Source: Podarcis filfolensis
Lineage: Eukaryota
DNA length: 64,000 nt
Direction: 5' to 3' (one strand)
NCBI GenBank assembly: GCA_964270895.1
Contig: OZ185435.1
A program made the translations under genes and the position numbers. The notes beneath the pieces were generated by a model, which searched no databases, had not been told where the DNA came from, and worked only from the letters and a program-made list of their open reading frames with translations. Position 1 is the first letter of the stretch; each line of letters starts with the position of its first letter. Of the stretch, positions 1 through 11,369 are shown one piece after another.

Positions 1-205
1 TGGAAGCCCACCAGGAGGAAGGCAATGGAATGTAGCAGGAGTGCCTGCCTTCAGGCCAGAGAGCTGGCCCTTTAAGGCCCTGAAGTTCTCTACAAGTGGA
101 CAGGGGGGGGGGGGAGAGCCTGGAGGAGGTTGCCTGCAGATAAAGCCTTAAAAGGCCTTACACAGTTCCCAACCTTTGATGGAGCAAGTTGCTCACTCAG
201 AGTTA

Positions 206-539
206 CATACCCTCCAACATTTTTCCGATAAAAATAGGGATGTCCCGTTCCATAATGATAATTTTACTATAACCCACACATCTTACTGGGGTTGCCCCAA
301 CACTCTGGGCAGCTTCCAATATATAAAAAAACATAATAAAACATTAAATATTAACAAAACTTCCCTATACAGAATTGCCTTCAGATGGCTCGGGGGTTGG
401 ATAACTCCATACCCTCCAACATTTCTCCCATGAAAATAGGGACATCCTAAGGAAAAGCTGGGCATTCAAGTATCAAATCAGAAACTGGCTTCTTTAAACC
501 AGGGACGTTCCTGGAAAATAGAGACACTTGGAGGTTCTG
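206..539. mobile_element. Degenerate hAT-like non-autonomous element
   Basis: Imperfect terminal inverted repeats (CATACCCTCCAAC / GAGGTTCTG), repeated subterminal AATAGGGAC motifs, left end duplicated at ~407; no clean TSD. Confidence 0.45.
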
Positions 540-805
540 GAGTTATCTATGATCTGGCAACCTTTGACCAGCCTCACTGCTTTCTCTGTGGGATCTGTCA
601 TTGGACCAGAACATGATATGAATTCTTGTAACGCAGAAGGGTTTCATTGATAGGCAGTATTCAGTAACCGCATTCAGGAATTCTTCAAAAGCAAGTGGTA
701 AGGGGTGGAGCCAGTGGGGATATTGTGGGTGAGGATGGTGTACATAGTCCCACTCCCTCTGTGATTTTTTTTAAAAAAACAAGCTATATTTTTATTCTTT
801 TGTAG

Positions 806-888
806 GTACAAACAATGAAATATTTACAGCCATTGGGAGAAATTTCAACACAGAATCTCACCCAAAACATACGAGCCAATGTTCTAAA
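806..888 (+). CDS. Unassigned upstream gene, candidate exon 1 (VQT-MKYLQPLGEISTQNLTQNIRANVLK; possible ATG at 815)
   Basis: Strong acceptor TTTTATTCTTTTGTAG; weak donor AA|GTTTGT; open frame ending phase 2, compatible with next exon. Confidence 0.45.
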
Positions 889-1490
889 GTTTGTGTTGTT
901 GTTGTTTTTAAGTAGATCCCACAAGCCTAGCATTTGCCCACCTTTGATTTAGAATGGTAAGTACAAGAATTAGAATGGAATTAGAATGGTTAGTATGTCT
1001 GAAAAATGAGATTAGTAAAATAGGTATTGATTGCTCAAACAAGTAAGCCATGCCATATACTAGAGGGCGGGGTATTTTTTAAAAAAATACATATTTTAGG
1101 ATCACTGGTTAGTCTGAGTGTTAAGAAAATTCCCATATGTGAGATAAGGAAGGTTTCAGTTGGATCTGCGATGTAGAAACAACACATGTTAACTGAGGTT
1201 CTCCAAAAGGAAATAGTATAACTCTTATCACAGAGCCATACTGTTCCACATCCTGTTCTTGTCGCTTTCTACCTTTGCTTTCTTACAACCCTTTTTGCAT
1301 TTAGACTACAGTCTCTATGGGAAGTGACAGCCTCCCACTCTCTTATTTTGTAAAGCTCAGATGCTTAAATTTAAAGATTTTTCTGTAAAACACAAGAAAT
1401 GCAAGGAAAAATCTGCTTCTGATCATGGCTTGTCGCCCAGTCATCGGTCTACGGTGGGGCTGCCAGTTTTACCTACTTTTTCACGAACAG

Positions 1491-1612
1491 AAAAAATGTC
1501 AACAGCATCCTTAAAAATAAAACAAAAATAGACCTCCCTAGCCGACAAGTTCTGTCTGCATCCTGCAGCCAACAGCTAGAGGACTGTTGTTTAAAAACAA
1601 ACTTGTCTTCAG
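1491..1612 (+). CDS. Unassigned upstream gene, candidate exon 2 (KNVNSILKNKTKIDLPSRQVLSASCSQQLEDCCLKTNLSS)
   Basis: Acceptor CCTACTTTTTCACGAACAG, donor CAG|GTAGGA; 122 nt open, phase 2 to 1. Confidence 0.55.
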
Positions 1613-1846
1613 GTAGGAAACACTCCTTACTTTCTTCTGACTGCAAAATTAAATCACTTGGCTGCTGCACTCATGGGATTAGATCAGAGCAAACACAAGG
1701 TTCTCTTTATAACATGTTTAGGTTCTTAATACCAGTGTGTCAAGCCCATATAGACTAATGCACAGCTTCTATTGCCTTCTTTCTGCTTGTGTTACTGTAA
1801 TTGGACTGGTGGCATTAGATATGGTGTGTTATGTGCCTTATAGAGG

Positions 1847-2429
1847 CATAGCTGTCAGCTTACAGATTTGAAAATAAGGGACCAGCAGCCAAAATAAGGG
1901 ACCTGCAGCCTCACCTGTTTCAGGCACTCCAGTCTTCCTGTCCTCCTGCAGTCTGGTCAAACTCATGCTGGTAGCTTCGAGAACACTGTCCAACCAACTT
2001 TGTAACCAGAGGTTCAACTGAATAGAATCTGAATCACATGCACCACAAGGCCTATGCAGCCTCAACTTAAGATGGCTCCCCGGCCTGGCTTTGCACTGCA
2101 AAGTTTGCAGCAGCACGTGCAACAAAATGGCGTCCAGCATTCAAAACCCCCCTCAGCTTGCATTAACTAGCCACACACAAGGCATGCAAGCTCCACCCCC
2201 CAGTCGTTCTTAGACTCCTTATTGGGTGAGCAACACAGCCAAGCAACACAGTTGGAGCCTCCCTCCTCCCTTGCCGGCAGGGAGGGAGCGAGAGGAGCTG
2301 CTTCCTTTGAAATTTAAGGGACATCATTTAAGGAACATTTAAGGGACATCTATCAATAAGGGACAGGAGCGGGACATGGCGCTGGAATAAGGGACTGTCC
2401 CTTCAAATAAGGGACACTTGACAGCTATG
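1847..2429. mobile_element. hAT non-autonomous DNA transposon, 583 bp
   Basis: TIRs CATAGCTGTCA / TGACAGCTATG, perfect 8-bp TSD TATAGAGG (1839-1846, 2430-2437), subterminal TAAGGGAC repeats. Confidence 0.9.
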
Positions 2430-2917
2430 TATAGAGGCACCCTGGGTGCTGCCCTTTACCTAGAAAGAATGTATTATATTATGGCTAGTGCTTCAGTCTG
2501 TAATCATTCTAAATGGTAAATTAATAAACAAAAGTTATAATTGATTTTTTTTTTAAATCACCAAAGCGTTAAAGGCACAATTGCCAATTATGAGACTCTT
2601 TTGGTTCCCATAATAAAAGCAAATACATTAAAAGTGGTTTTTCCTTCCAATAGTGAGAGGTAGATTTTGTAAGTTACCTTTCACCTTCTTCAGTATTCCA
2701 GAAATACACCTATATTGAAGTTTAGATAATGTGCAGAGTTATTTATGGTAAATTGAATTGAATTAGGTGGCAATCCTGTGCCCACATACTTCTGAGTAGA
2801 TATGTGTAGGATTTCAGAGTTAATTCACTATAAAGGTAATGGTCAACTAAGCACTTTTAAAATAGTTGACAGACTTATGTCACAACAGACAGCATGAAGC
2901 TGTTGCACAATGTTTGG

Positions 2918-2918
2918 G

Positions 2919-2953
<35 letters not shown>
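2918..2953. repeat. Compound (GT)n(GA)n microsatellite
   Basis: Directly visible. Confidence 0.95.
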
Positions 2954-2954
<1 letters not shown>

Positions 2955-3261
2955 TTTCTACTGTCACAACCATTTCCTGTTGGAATCGTGGTAAGTTTCC
3001 TTGAAGCATTTTATACAGCTTACCCAGAATGTATTCTAGTTCCGGATGTCCCTATCAAAAGGCAACACTATGAGATGAAGTCACTGTGCAATTAAAGGGG
3101 TGTGGTACAATCTTGCAGTGGGGATGGCTGTATGGCTGTTTTCTGCTTTTCAAAAATATTCAGGATATATCTGTGCTCCAGTACTGGGGGAGCTGAAGTG
3201 CACAACCTTCAAATAACTAAATAAAATAAAAGAACAAAAAGTCAGAAAGGGATAGCTTTAA

Positions 3262-3345
3262 TAGGGAAGAGACGTAGCACCTTAAAGACTAACACATTTA
3301 TTGCAGCACAGACATTTATGGACTCGAATCTACTTTCTCACATGC
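3262..3345. mobile_element. Short Penelope-like retroelement end fragment
   Basis: Resembles recalled GCACCTTAAAGACTAACA-ATTTATT Penelope-type terminus. Confidence 0.35.
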
Positions 3346-3518
3346 AAGGAGATGGCTCTGGATGTACAGCAGAGCACACATGCGCTGGAAGGGTAAAGAA
3401 ATGCTGAGTGTCTAATTGAAATAAAATCTGTTATAAAAGGTTTTTTTTAATGCCACAAGCATTGGGCTAGGCAAGGGGATTGTGTAACATTTCACCATGC
3501 AGATGCAACTTGCTAGCT

Positions 3519-3830
3519 TTTATTTTTTACAGTGCCTTTCTTCCTGTGTGAGCCCAGGGGGTCATACAACATAACAAAATACAATGCATATAGAAATGTT
3601 AAAAATCTAAGCATGCAGTGCTAAAGCCCTCGGCATGTACAACTAGAAAATCCAGAGCTGCTTCAGTTCTGTGTCAACATTCACATCTCAAAAGCCTGGG
3701 CAACAAAATATATATTCAGTTGATGTCTGAAGGTCATGACCGTGAGAGAACAACTACACTTCCAAAGGGGAAAAGTTCCACAACCAGGGTGCTGCCACAG
3801 AGAAAGGCCTGTCCAAAACACTGCTCCATG
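3519..3830 (-). mobile_element. L2 LINE 3' fragment
   Basis: Minus-strand translation RPFSVAAPWLWNFSP resembles the L2 ORF2 C-terminal RAFSVAAPxLWNxLP motif. Confidence 0.65.
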
Positions 3831-4082
3831 GGGCATCCTCTTTTGAACATATTCTCAGCTTCATTAGCAAATCAGTTCTACTGCAAAACCACATCTGGGC
3901 TGATTTTGTTGTGAAACTCCCGGTTGTTGATGGGAAGATGGAACATCTGACACAAAGATTAAATCTCAGCAACCGTAGTAAAGGCTTCAGTGAGCTCACC
4001 AAGTTTATTCAAAACTGTGATTTCAGACTGTGCAAGTGGTATTGGTTGCTGCACTTTCCTTTTCCGTCTCTTGACTCTGCAG

Positions 4083-4245
4083 CTGCGACTTGCAGACCTG
4101 CCCCAAATGGCCATCTTTTACCAAGAAAGCAACACAGACATGGGGTGGGTGGGAAGTCACCTGCAGCTCCAGTGAAGTTCTCTGACGTGGAAACAACCAC
4201 CTTGTTTGATGATCTCAATATATCAGAGGATATGCATTTTCCCAG
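4083..4245 (+). CDS. Unassigned upstream gene, candidate exon 3 (ATCRPAPNGHLLPRKQHRHGVGGKSPAAPVKFSDVETTTLFDDLNISEDMHFP)
   Basis: Long pyrimidine tract CTTTCCTTTTCCGTCTCTTGACTCTGCAG, donor CAG|GTACAA; 163 nt open, phase 1 to 2. Confidence 0.6.
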
Positions 4246-4912
4246 GTACAAAATATAGTGGATATATAGTGCTGGGAAAGTGCAACACACCAAGAACTGT
4301 TGTTTGGACAGTGTACAGTTGGTAACAGCTGCATGTTTTTTATTACTAAAATAGTAGCGACTATGAGCACAGACATAGCTTTCCTTTGTGTATGATTTGG
4401 ATATTCATAGTACAGAAGTGGGAGTGGAAGGAGCTGGTGACGGTGATGGGCAGCCCTGCCTAGAAAACACATTACACTAACTGGTGGAAATGTGCCAGCA
4501 CTAAGTTGGGAGGCATTATTTGCTTAGTCAAGGGACTGGACTTGCATCCGTTGCCAGACCGCAAATAGGCCTCCACTCAGCATACGTCCAGCTTTGTATC
4601 CTGCTTACTAGGGCCACACCCTGACTAGAGCACTGCATGATATGCAGCCATCTAGGGATCAGGCAATAAAAAGGAAACGAAAACTGAGCTCTGCGCTATA
4701 CTTTGCACTGTTATTGAACTGTAATCCCTTGGTGAAAAGGCACAGGTCTGGTTGAAGTTTTTAATGGCACAGCAGAAAAGCAAAACCTCTAAGAAATGCA
4801 TTGGCTTGCTTGTTGAATGAAAGACTGGATAATGCTTTTGTCATGTGGCAAGCACGCAGGTGCATACCCCAGGCTGGCATCAGAACTGGGTCAAGGCCAC
4901 CCCTTCTGTCAG

Positions 4913-5039
4913 AATTCATGAGGATTCAGTCAATTACCATGGCCATGTAGGAATCACAACACATACAGAGACACAGTCGCTAGCTCGGGGCAACCAAGGT
5001 GGAGAGAAGCTGGAGGTTGGAAGAAGAGTTAGAGGCCAG
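4913..5039 (+). CDS. Unassigned upstream gene, candidate exon 4 (IHEDSVNYHGHVGITTHTETQSLARGNQGGEKLEVGRRVRGQ)
   Basis: Acceptor CCCCTTCTGTCAG, strong donor CAG|GTAAGG; 127 nt open, phase 2 to 0. Confidence 0.5.
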
Positions 5040-5139
5040 GTAAGGCTGGGCAGTCGGGACAGGCGGAGAAGAATCCAGCCAGACATACACACTGGTCTGT
5101 TATTAGACTACACAGCTGTGGCCGAAATCATTTTCATCT

Positions 5140-5280
5140 CTGCTCTAATGTACTTTTTATTGTTTTCATGATTTTTGTGCTATTATTTGGCTGGCGTTTT
5201 ATTGGATTTGTGATTTTATATAGTTTTGTCACCCAGAGAGCCTTGGTTGTGGGGCATCTAATAAATGTAATAAATAAAAA
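5140..5280 (+). mobile_element. LINE (L2-type) 3' tail remnant
   Basis: CACCCAGAGAGCC...GGGGCATCTAATAAATGTAATAAATAAA tail preceded by T-rich 3'UTR-like sequence. Confidence 0.45.
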
Positions 5281-7196
5281 TGACAGAAAAGACAACCAAA
5301 GACCGTTAGACATATCCTCAACTGAATAAAATCAAGAGGTTTATATGGGATTGGGGGTGGGGTGGGGGGCTTGCCACAGCTCCCAGTTTGGCCCATGAGG
5401 CCACTTTCCACAAGCCCTGGCCACCTGCCCCACCACTGGTACCATAAGACGTTAGGTGTGGGGCAGGCACAGCCACAGCTACAAAGGAACAATCGGATTT
5501 TTAGCTGAACAGGAGGGGAAGTCGAAAGCCACAGCGGACTAGGGAAGATAAGTTGCCACATGCTATGGCCTTGAGGCAGCAGGACTGCCAATTTCTAGGG
5601 ATCATTCACTTCTCTAGTCTCCACAGCTTTTGTGTTACTCCTGAAAACTCAGCAAACCGTAGTGTATCCCTCACAAAACTATAACTTCCAGCACCTGTAA
5701 AAACTAACCTCTCAGTATATTCTCTGATGGGGCAGGGGAAAGTAATGTGCTTTAAATGTACGGTGTGTGTATCACATTGCAATTTGAGACGAGTAGAAGC
5801 AAATGCAAGAAAATAAAAGGCTTCCCATAAAAATGATGGTGTCACAAAGAGACGATGCAAAAGTAATGATTTGATATTAATCTTGCAAATCAATTTTCTA
5901 TATTGGACTCGATAATGGAATCACACCACATGATACGCCAACCGATCGCTGCCTTTAAAACAAAAACAAAACACTATAACTTTTATTTTTTTATCAAAAC
6001 AACCAAGCAGCTATTTTATGCCCATTCCCACCATTATTATTATTACTATTATTAGCTTTAATTCCCAGCTTTTTTGTGGCAAGCTTACGTTTTCATGTGA
6101 AATCCCTCTGTCCTTCAGTGGAAAACATCAAATTACAGTGCCACGTTGAGGATTATTTAAACAACCCCAGTAAGTAGGTCACTCGGTAATTTACTCTTGG
6201 TTTATTAGGGTGCTGCAGAAGGAAAGAAGTGTGTTGCGGCTGTATTTGTTAGAGAACAGCTGGAGCTATGTGGCTGGAAGTGGGAGCACAGCAGCACCCC
6301 TGGCTAGGAAAACATGTTGTTTTGTCAAGATAGGACTTGAAGGAGAGTATGGGAAAGTCTTCCCTCTCCCCCACTCCGCCCTCAACCCCATAACTGTATG
6401 CAATGAACAGTTAAGGTTGGAGCTCTTTCCTTTGCAAGAGCTGCTGAGATAAGGCTTTGCCTGGAAGGATGCTATGAACAACACTTTAAAATCCCAGTGA
6501 TAAAATGGAGGACTCATTTGAGCTTGAACTTGATTGCCTTAAATGCTGAGGGAGCTGTTTATGATTCAATCAAAAGAAATCTGAATTCCCCCCTCCCCTT
6601 AAGGAAAGCACTCCTCATTAAGTCGCAGTTTTCACATACATAAAAATGGTACGATTAACTCCTCCTTGTTAAACCAGAATGTTCTCCTGGGGCCAGACCT
6701 TGGGAACCTCTGCTTGTGAAATAATCTCCAATTTCCTAGTATTCCCACTGGGGATTCTTTCTGGTTCTCAGCTGTACTGTAGGAATTTTAAAGAGGCAGG
6801 CTATCGATTTAGGAGCACTGTGTGACATAAGCAAGGCACCACTGCAAGATGGATTGTGTGCCAACGGGGATGGCTGCTATGTGGCACATGAAAAGACAAT
6901 TAAAGAAAAATAAAAGTGTTTCCCAGAAACTATTAGAAGGAAGGGAAACAACACAAATTCTCCCCTGCTCCGATCTTAGAAAAATGAGCAAGTCAAGACA
7001 TGTCTGAATGGTCAGAACTGTTGTCTTGCATGTTGTGTCCTCAGGCTTTTATTTCCTTTTATTCCTTCTCCAGTCAGTTTTCTTTGTGTGACCTAGTGTT
7101 GGGACCCTTTTCTTTAAACTCATGACACCATGATGGATGTTTTGCCAGGAGTAGGCTTTTTATTCTTTCAACCACCAACCTTATCAGACTATATAC

Positions 7197-7334
7197 NNNN
7201 NNNNNNNNNNNNNNNNNNNNNNNNNNNNNNNNNNNNNNNNNNNNNNNNNNNNNNNNNNNNNNNNNNNNNNNNNNNNNNNNNNNNNNNNNNNNNNNNNNNN
7301 NNNNNNNNNNNNNNNNNNNNNNNNNNNNNNNNNN
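7197..7334. other. Assembly gap (138 N)
   Basis: Run of N. Confidence 1.
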
Positions 7335-8204
7335 GCAGCAGGAGGAATGTGTTGTACCTTCTCAAAGACAAGTATTGGGCAACCTGGTATTGTCACAGAT
7401 TCTATCACTGTGAAAAATCCCAACCCTGTGATCACACCAACCATCTCGCCCATCCGTGGTACAGACTCCATGACTAAATGGACTTTAGTGCTAAGGATGT
7501 ACAACATACCCGTGGCACAGTTCTGATTACAGAGGGCAAATTTCACATCCTTGTTAAGCCAACCCAGTCCTAATGCAAACAAAGCCATCATGCTTCGATG
7601 TTCTGCTGCTGTTGCTTGCGTAAGCAACAAAGAAAGAGCTGCATAGTCATTTGGGAATCAAGTGGGTGGGCACTGGAAAGCTGAGATAGTCAAGAGTCCG
7701 TATTCAAGGCACAGATCTGTAATCTAAACTAATTACATTAGACCGATGATTTCAGAGGCTTCTTGCTCAACAGCAAATAAATAATTTTCTAACATGTGGT
7801 AGCAGTTTCCAATTTATAGTAGTGCAAGCAGTAAAGCTGGACTAACCACCATTCTCCACCTATTTACCATTCCCACCCTGAGGGGCCAGAATGAGCTAAG
7901 GAATTTGTACTCTCCATAGAACTCACAGTTCTGTGACGCTTTATTTTGTACTTGCTGGTTCAGATTTGCAAGCTTTGTCCTCCTGGAGAAAGCTACCTTG
8001 TGTGGGAACTCCTGAGGAAGATGTAGGGAAACGGCAAGATTGTCCCAGATTTCGCCAGCTTCAGACTGAGCACACCCCATACATTGAAAGCACATTACTC
8101 CCCCCACACTAAAGAATCCTGAGAGCTTAGTTTGTTACAGGTGCTGCTGGGAGTTATAGTTTTGTGAGGGATAAACTACAGTTCCCAAGATCCTTGGGGG
8201 GAGC

Positions 8205-8240
<36 letters not shown>

Positions 8241-8340
8241 TACTACTACTACTACTGTTATTTCAATCTATTACCTGCCCTTCACCTTTAGGTCCTAGGG
8301 CGGCTTACAACCATTTAAAATCAATATTAAAAGTGGTTTG
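8205..8340 (-). mobile_element. (TAT)n(TAC)n microsatellite (8205-8256) forming the tail of an L2-type 3' end
   Basis: Microsatellite visible; adjacent CCTGCCCTTCACC..GGGCGGCTTACAAC is an L2-like terminus on the minus strand. Confidence 0.6.
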
Positions 8341-8748
8341 AAGCAATTGCAGTCACAGGAGTAGGATGGGATCCAAAAATGCGCAATGGAGGAATTGCTG
8401 TTCTTTGTTTTATCAGGAGCCCTATTGCTGAATCATTGCAGCTTGAATATGGGAGGTTTGAGACATGGGTTCTGCTGCTTGTTTCATAATCTTTAAATAA
8501 GAGAAGAGGCTTGCATCATGTCTTGTTGCAAAATAAATGGGAATTAGAAAGCAAAGTAAAATAATTATGGAGCTTTTCTGTTCATCATATGAGTGGATAC
8601 CATATCCAAAAGTCTGCTTATTCTCTCTCTCTCTTTCTCTCACTCTTCCACCACAGCAGTGGTACAGATAGAGATGCAAATTATGGGAGAAAATGGCAGG
8701 GGGGGTTAAGTGTTTTCCTCCAAATTAGAATTCTTATTTTCCCCTCAG

Positions 8749-8797
8749 ACAGGGCCTGAGGCAGAAAAGCAAATGACATCTGCTCCCCCAAGTCAAG
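8749..8797 (+). CDS. Unassigned upstream gene, candidate exon 5 (TGPEAEKQMTSAPPSQ; may extend to 8818 via GC donor)
   Basis: Strong acceptor TTCTTATTTTCCCCTCAG; donors G|GTGCAT (8798) or CAG|GCAAGT (8819), both phase 1. Confidence 0.45.
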
Positions 8798-9103
8798 GTG
8801 CATTGCAGCCAAGGGCAGGCAAGTTATTTTGGCATCTGAAACAGAAATTCCCACAAACACCTTCCCCCTCCCTAGCAGTAAAACTGCAGTAATAATGAAA
8901 CAGGTAACAATTTGCTGCCCTTTCATGACAACCCCAAGCCAGCTGCCTGAGATAGCTGCCTCACACTACCTAAATTTTATTGTAAGTAGCTCTATTATAT
9001 TGGAAAGTTAAACCTACTGTGCTAAAAATGCATAATAAAATGAACTGAACTGATATGAGGAACAGAGAAAAACTCATTCAGAACTACCGTACTTTTAACT
9101 TAG

Positions 9104-9294
9104 ACTCAGGCAACTGTCAAATCCCACCTTTCTTTCATAAAGCTAGCTCCCAAATGACTGGAAACTCCAGCCAATCAGAGTCTGCTGTCATCCAGACCAA
9201 TAACAGAATTGATCCCTTAAATCACACACTGAATGGTCCCTGCCTTTATATGACTTCCGAGTTCCAGAACACAAGGAGGGACAAAAGAATTATG
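9104..9294 (+). CDS. Unassigned upstream gene, candidate exon 6 (SGNCQIPPFFHKASSQMTGNSSQSESAVIQTNNRIDPLNHTLNGPCLYMTSEFQNTRRDKRIM)
   Basis: Acceptor TACTTTTAACTTAG, donor ATG|GTAGAA; 191 nt open, phase 1 to 0. Confidence 0.5.
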
Positions 9295-9575
9295 GTAGAA
9301 ACATTTTGTTAACAGTCTATTACTCAGTTGATGGTAATGGAGTGCTTCTTAATAAAATCAGAGGCAAATGCTAAGCAACATTTCATATAATAGTTGAAGA
9401 GCAGCTCTGCAGATTTAAATTCCAAAGGAGAGGCAAAAGGGATCTGGGAAGAAGGCTTTAGTTTTATGTTTAGAGTATATACACTGAGGTTAATTAAATG
9501 TTATCTGGCCCAGAGTGCATTATTCATTCATTAGAACAAATATTCAAGTTCGGTGGTTGCATTTTTTTACAACAG

Positions 9576-9600
9576 GAAGAAGAGATGCAATCTGGAAGAG
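9576..9600 (+). CDS. Unassigned upstream gene, candidate micro-exon 7 (EEEMQSGR)
   Basis: Acceptor TTGCATTTTTTTACAACAG, donor GAG|GTAGTG; 25 nt, phase 0 to 1. Confidence 0.4.
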
Positions 9601-10036
9601 GTAGTGATTGTATTTAGAAATTTGCATTATTAAAAGTCTGAAACTCAAGCAGGGCTGGTCCAACCATTATGTGGAATGACACAGTTTTCTCAGGCAGTGG
9701 GTGAGTGTGCCAAATTTGTGCCCCTCTCCCTCAAATTTAGCTTGGCCAGCCATCTGCCCATCCAGTGATGGAGGGTCGTCATTTCTCCCTCCACTGTCTT
9801 GCCCCTCTGTCTTGCCTCACTTGGGGAAAGGGCCAGTGGGATCTTCAGAACAAGGACTTCTAGGCAAAGTGGCCAGGAAAGTGCCCTAGCTACCACCATG
9901 TTTTGCCAAAGTGGCGAGAAAGACTGATTCGGCATTGTTTGCTATTGTGGGATGTTTCCGTTGCCTATATATTAACAGGAAGGGAGTGTGGCCAATGCTA
10001 CATGGATGCTTTGAATATGGGGCATTATTGTTAAAG

Positions 10037-10250
10037 CAAGAGGTCGGCAACCTTTTTAGGTTTACGGGCACATTTGCAAACCGGGCATCTCACACACACT
10101 GCAGCCAAGCACACGCTGCAAACAATTTTATTAGCAACAATACAATGCTTCTTTCAAGCTAAATTTCAGCAGGGAAGGGGACCTTGTGGGTGCCTGGGAA
10201 GGCCACTGTGGGCACATGTGAACCTGTGAATGCCATGTTGGCAACACTTG
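10037..10250. mobile_element. hAT-like MITE
   Basis: Imperfect TIRs CAAGAGGTCGGCAAC / GTTGGCAACACTTG; no clean direct TSD. Confidence 0.55.
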
Positions 10251-10344
10251 CTTTAACTCTTCCCACAACACATGTATTTTGGCCTACTGTCTAGGAATAA
10301 CTTGTTTTCATTTAACCCATTTAGTTTTTTCATCTATATCTAAG

Positions 10345-10395
10345 GAAAAATAATAAGACAAATCCGTACTTTAGAATCTACCCTCAGATACCTTG
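10345..10395 (+). CDS. Unassigned upstream gene, candidate exon 8 (KIIRQIRTLESTLRYL)
   Basis: Acceptor TTTTTTCATCTATATCTAAG, strong donor TTG|GTGAGC; 51 nt, phase 1 to 1, amphipathic helix-like. Confidence 0.5.
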
Positions 10396-10597
10396 GTGAG
10401 CAAGGTCTGGAGACTTGAGAAGGTCTTCTAATCCAATCCTCCAAAATCCAGGGGGAACATTAGAACTCCAATTCCTGTTTATCTTTTCATACATTTTAAT
10501 CTACTTCATTGGATGCACTAGGTATGGATGAATACTAAGCTACTCCTACATCAAGCAGACACTTCTGGCTGCCTTAATTGTTTGGTGTTCTCTCCAG

Positions 10598-10686
10598 GAA
10601 AAAAAGAGAAAGAAAATTCCAAATGCCCAAGAGGGCTACAGCAAAAATCTCATACATGTGGTCCTTTTATTGCTTGCATTCCATAA
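10598..10686 (+). CDS. Unassigned upstream gene, candidate terminal exon 9 (KKEKENSKCPRGLQQKSHTCGPFIACIP*)
   Basis: Acceptor TTTGGTGTTCTCTCCAG; phase-1 frame stops TAA 10684-10686; AATAAA at 10940-10945. Confidence 0.4.
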
Positions 10687-11225
10687 GGAGAACACAAATA
10701 CAATACTTCATAATAAGCTGTTGCTGCTTATTGTGGTGAAGAACACATCATCGTAAGCATTCAAGATGCTAAAATTAAGCTCATCAGCCAAAGAAGAAAT
10801 GGGTAGAAAGAAAACAAGAATGGCTAACAGTTACATATCCCAGTATATTAATCTTTCATAGCTAATTTACAAATAAGTGAATTATTTATGGACAGTGTTT
10901 TACATTTGACTGATCTCTGCTAAAAAGCAGAGGTGGATTAATAAAATTTTAGGTATTAGGGAGGCGTGAACTAGTAGGGAAAGTGTCTTGATTCCTGATC
11001 AATTATGTATTATCCTCCTACAGTGTATCACAATTCTTTCCCTATGAATCATATACTTTATTATAGTTTATCACTCTTCAGTTTAGGATCCAAAGTAAGG
11101 CCTTATCTAGGGGGAAAATGATAACATAGCTATAGACTGTCCAACTTCAGTGTGCAGACAGCAAATACCATTTTTGAATGGGGAGGGCAACAGTAGAGGT
11201 ATATAAAATTATACATTGTGTAGTG

Positions 11226-11354
11226 CAGGGGTGGGGAACCTGTGGCCCTCCAGATGTTGCTGAATTGCAGCTCCCATAATGCATAGCCAGTAGCTAGAGA
11301 TCATGCAAATTGTAGGTCAGCAACACCTGGAGGGCCAAAAGTTCCCCACACTTG
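11226..11354. mobile_element. Short palindromic hAT-type MITE (squamate-common family)
   Basis: CAGGGGTGGGGAACCTGTGGCCCTCCAGATGTTGCTG ... CAGCAACACCTGGAGGGCC..GTTCCCCACACTTG fold-back structure. Confidence 0.75.
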
Positions 11355-11369
11355 ATGTCATAAAATCTG

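Noticed and set aside
916-956. Exon-like segment ending in a strong ATG|GTAAGT donor
   Set aside because: All frames contain stops; cannot join the coding chain; could only be non-coding
3964-4293. Minus-strand ORFs (94 aa and a 51-aa MAIWGRSASRSCRVKRRKRK.. frame)
   Set aside because: Antisense shadows of plus-strand candidate exon 3, which has much better splice signals
5606-5893. Minus ORF with protein-like YSFVRDTLRFAEFSG
   Set aside because: Core matches the MITE-like repeat at ~8140-8190, so it is repeat-derived
6783-6915. Plus-strand exon-like frame ILKRQAIDLGALCDISKAPLQDG..
   Set aside because: Hits a stop before any convincing donor; not placeable
7184-7630. 148-aa minus ORF that looks like a membrane protein segment
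   Set aside because: Spans an N gap, no family recognised, no partner exons found on the minus strand
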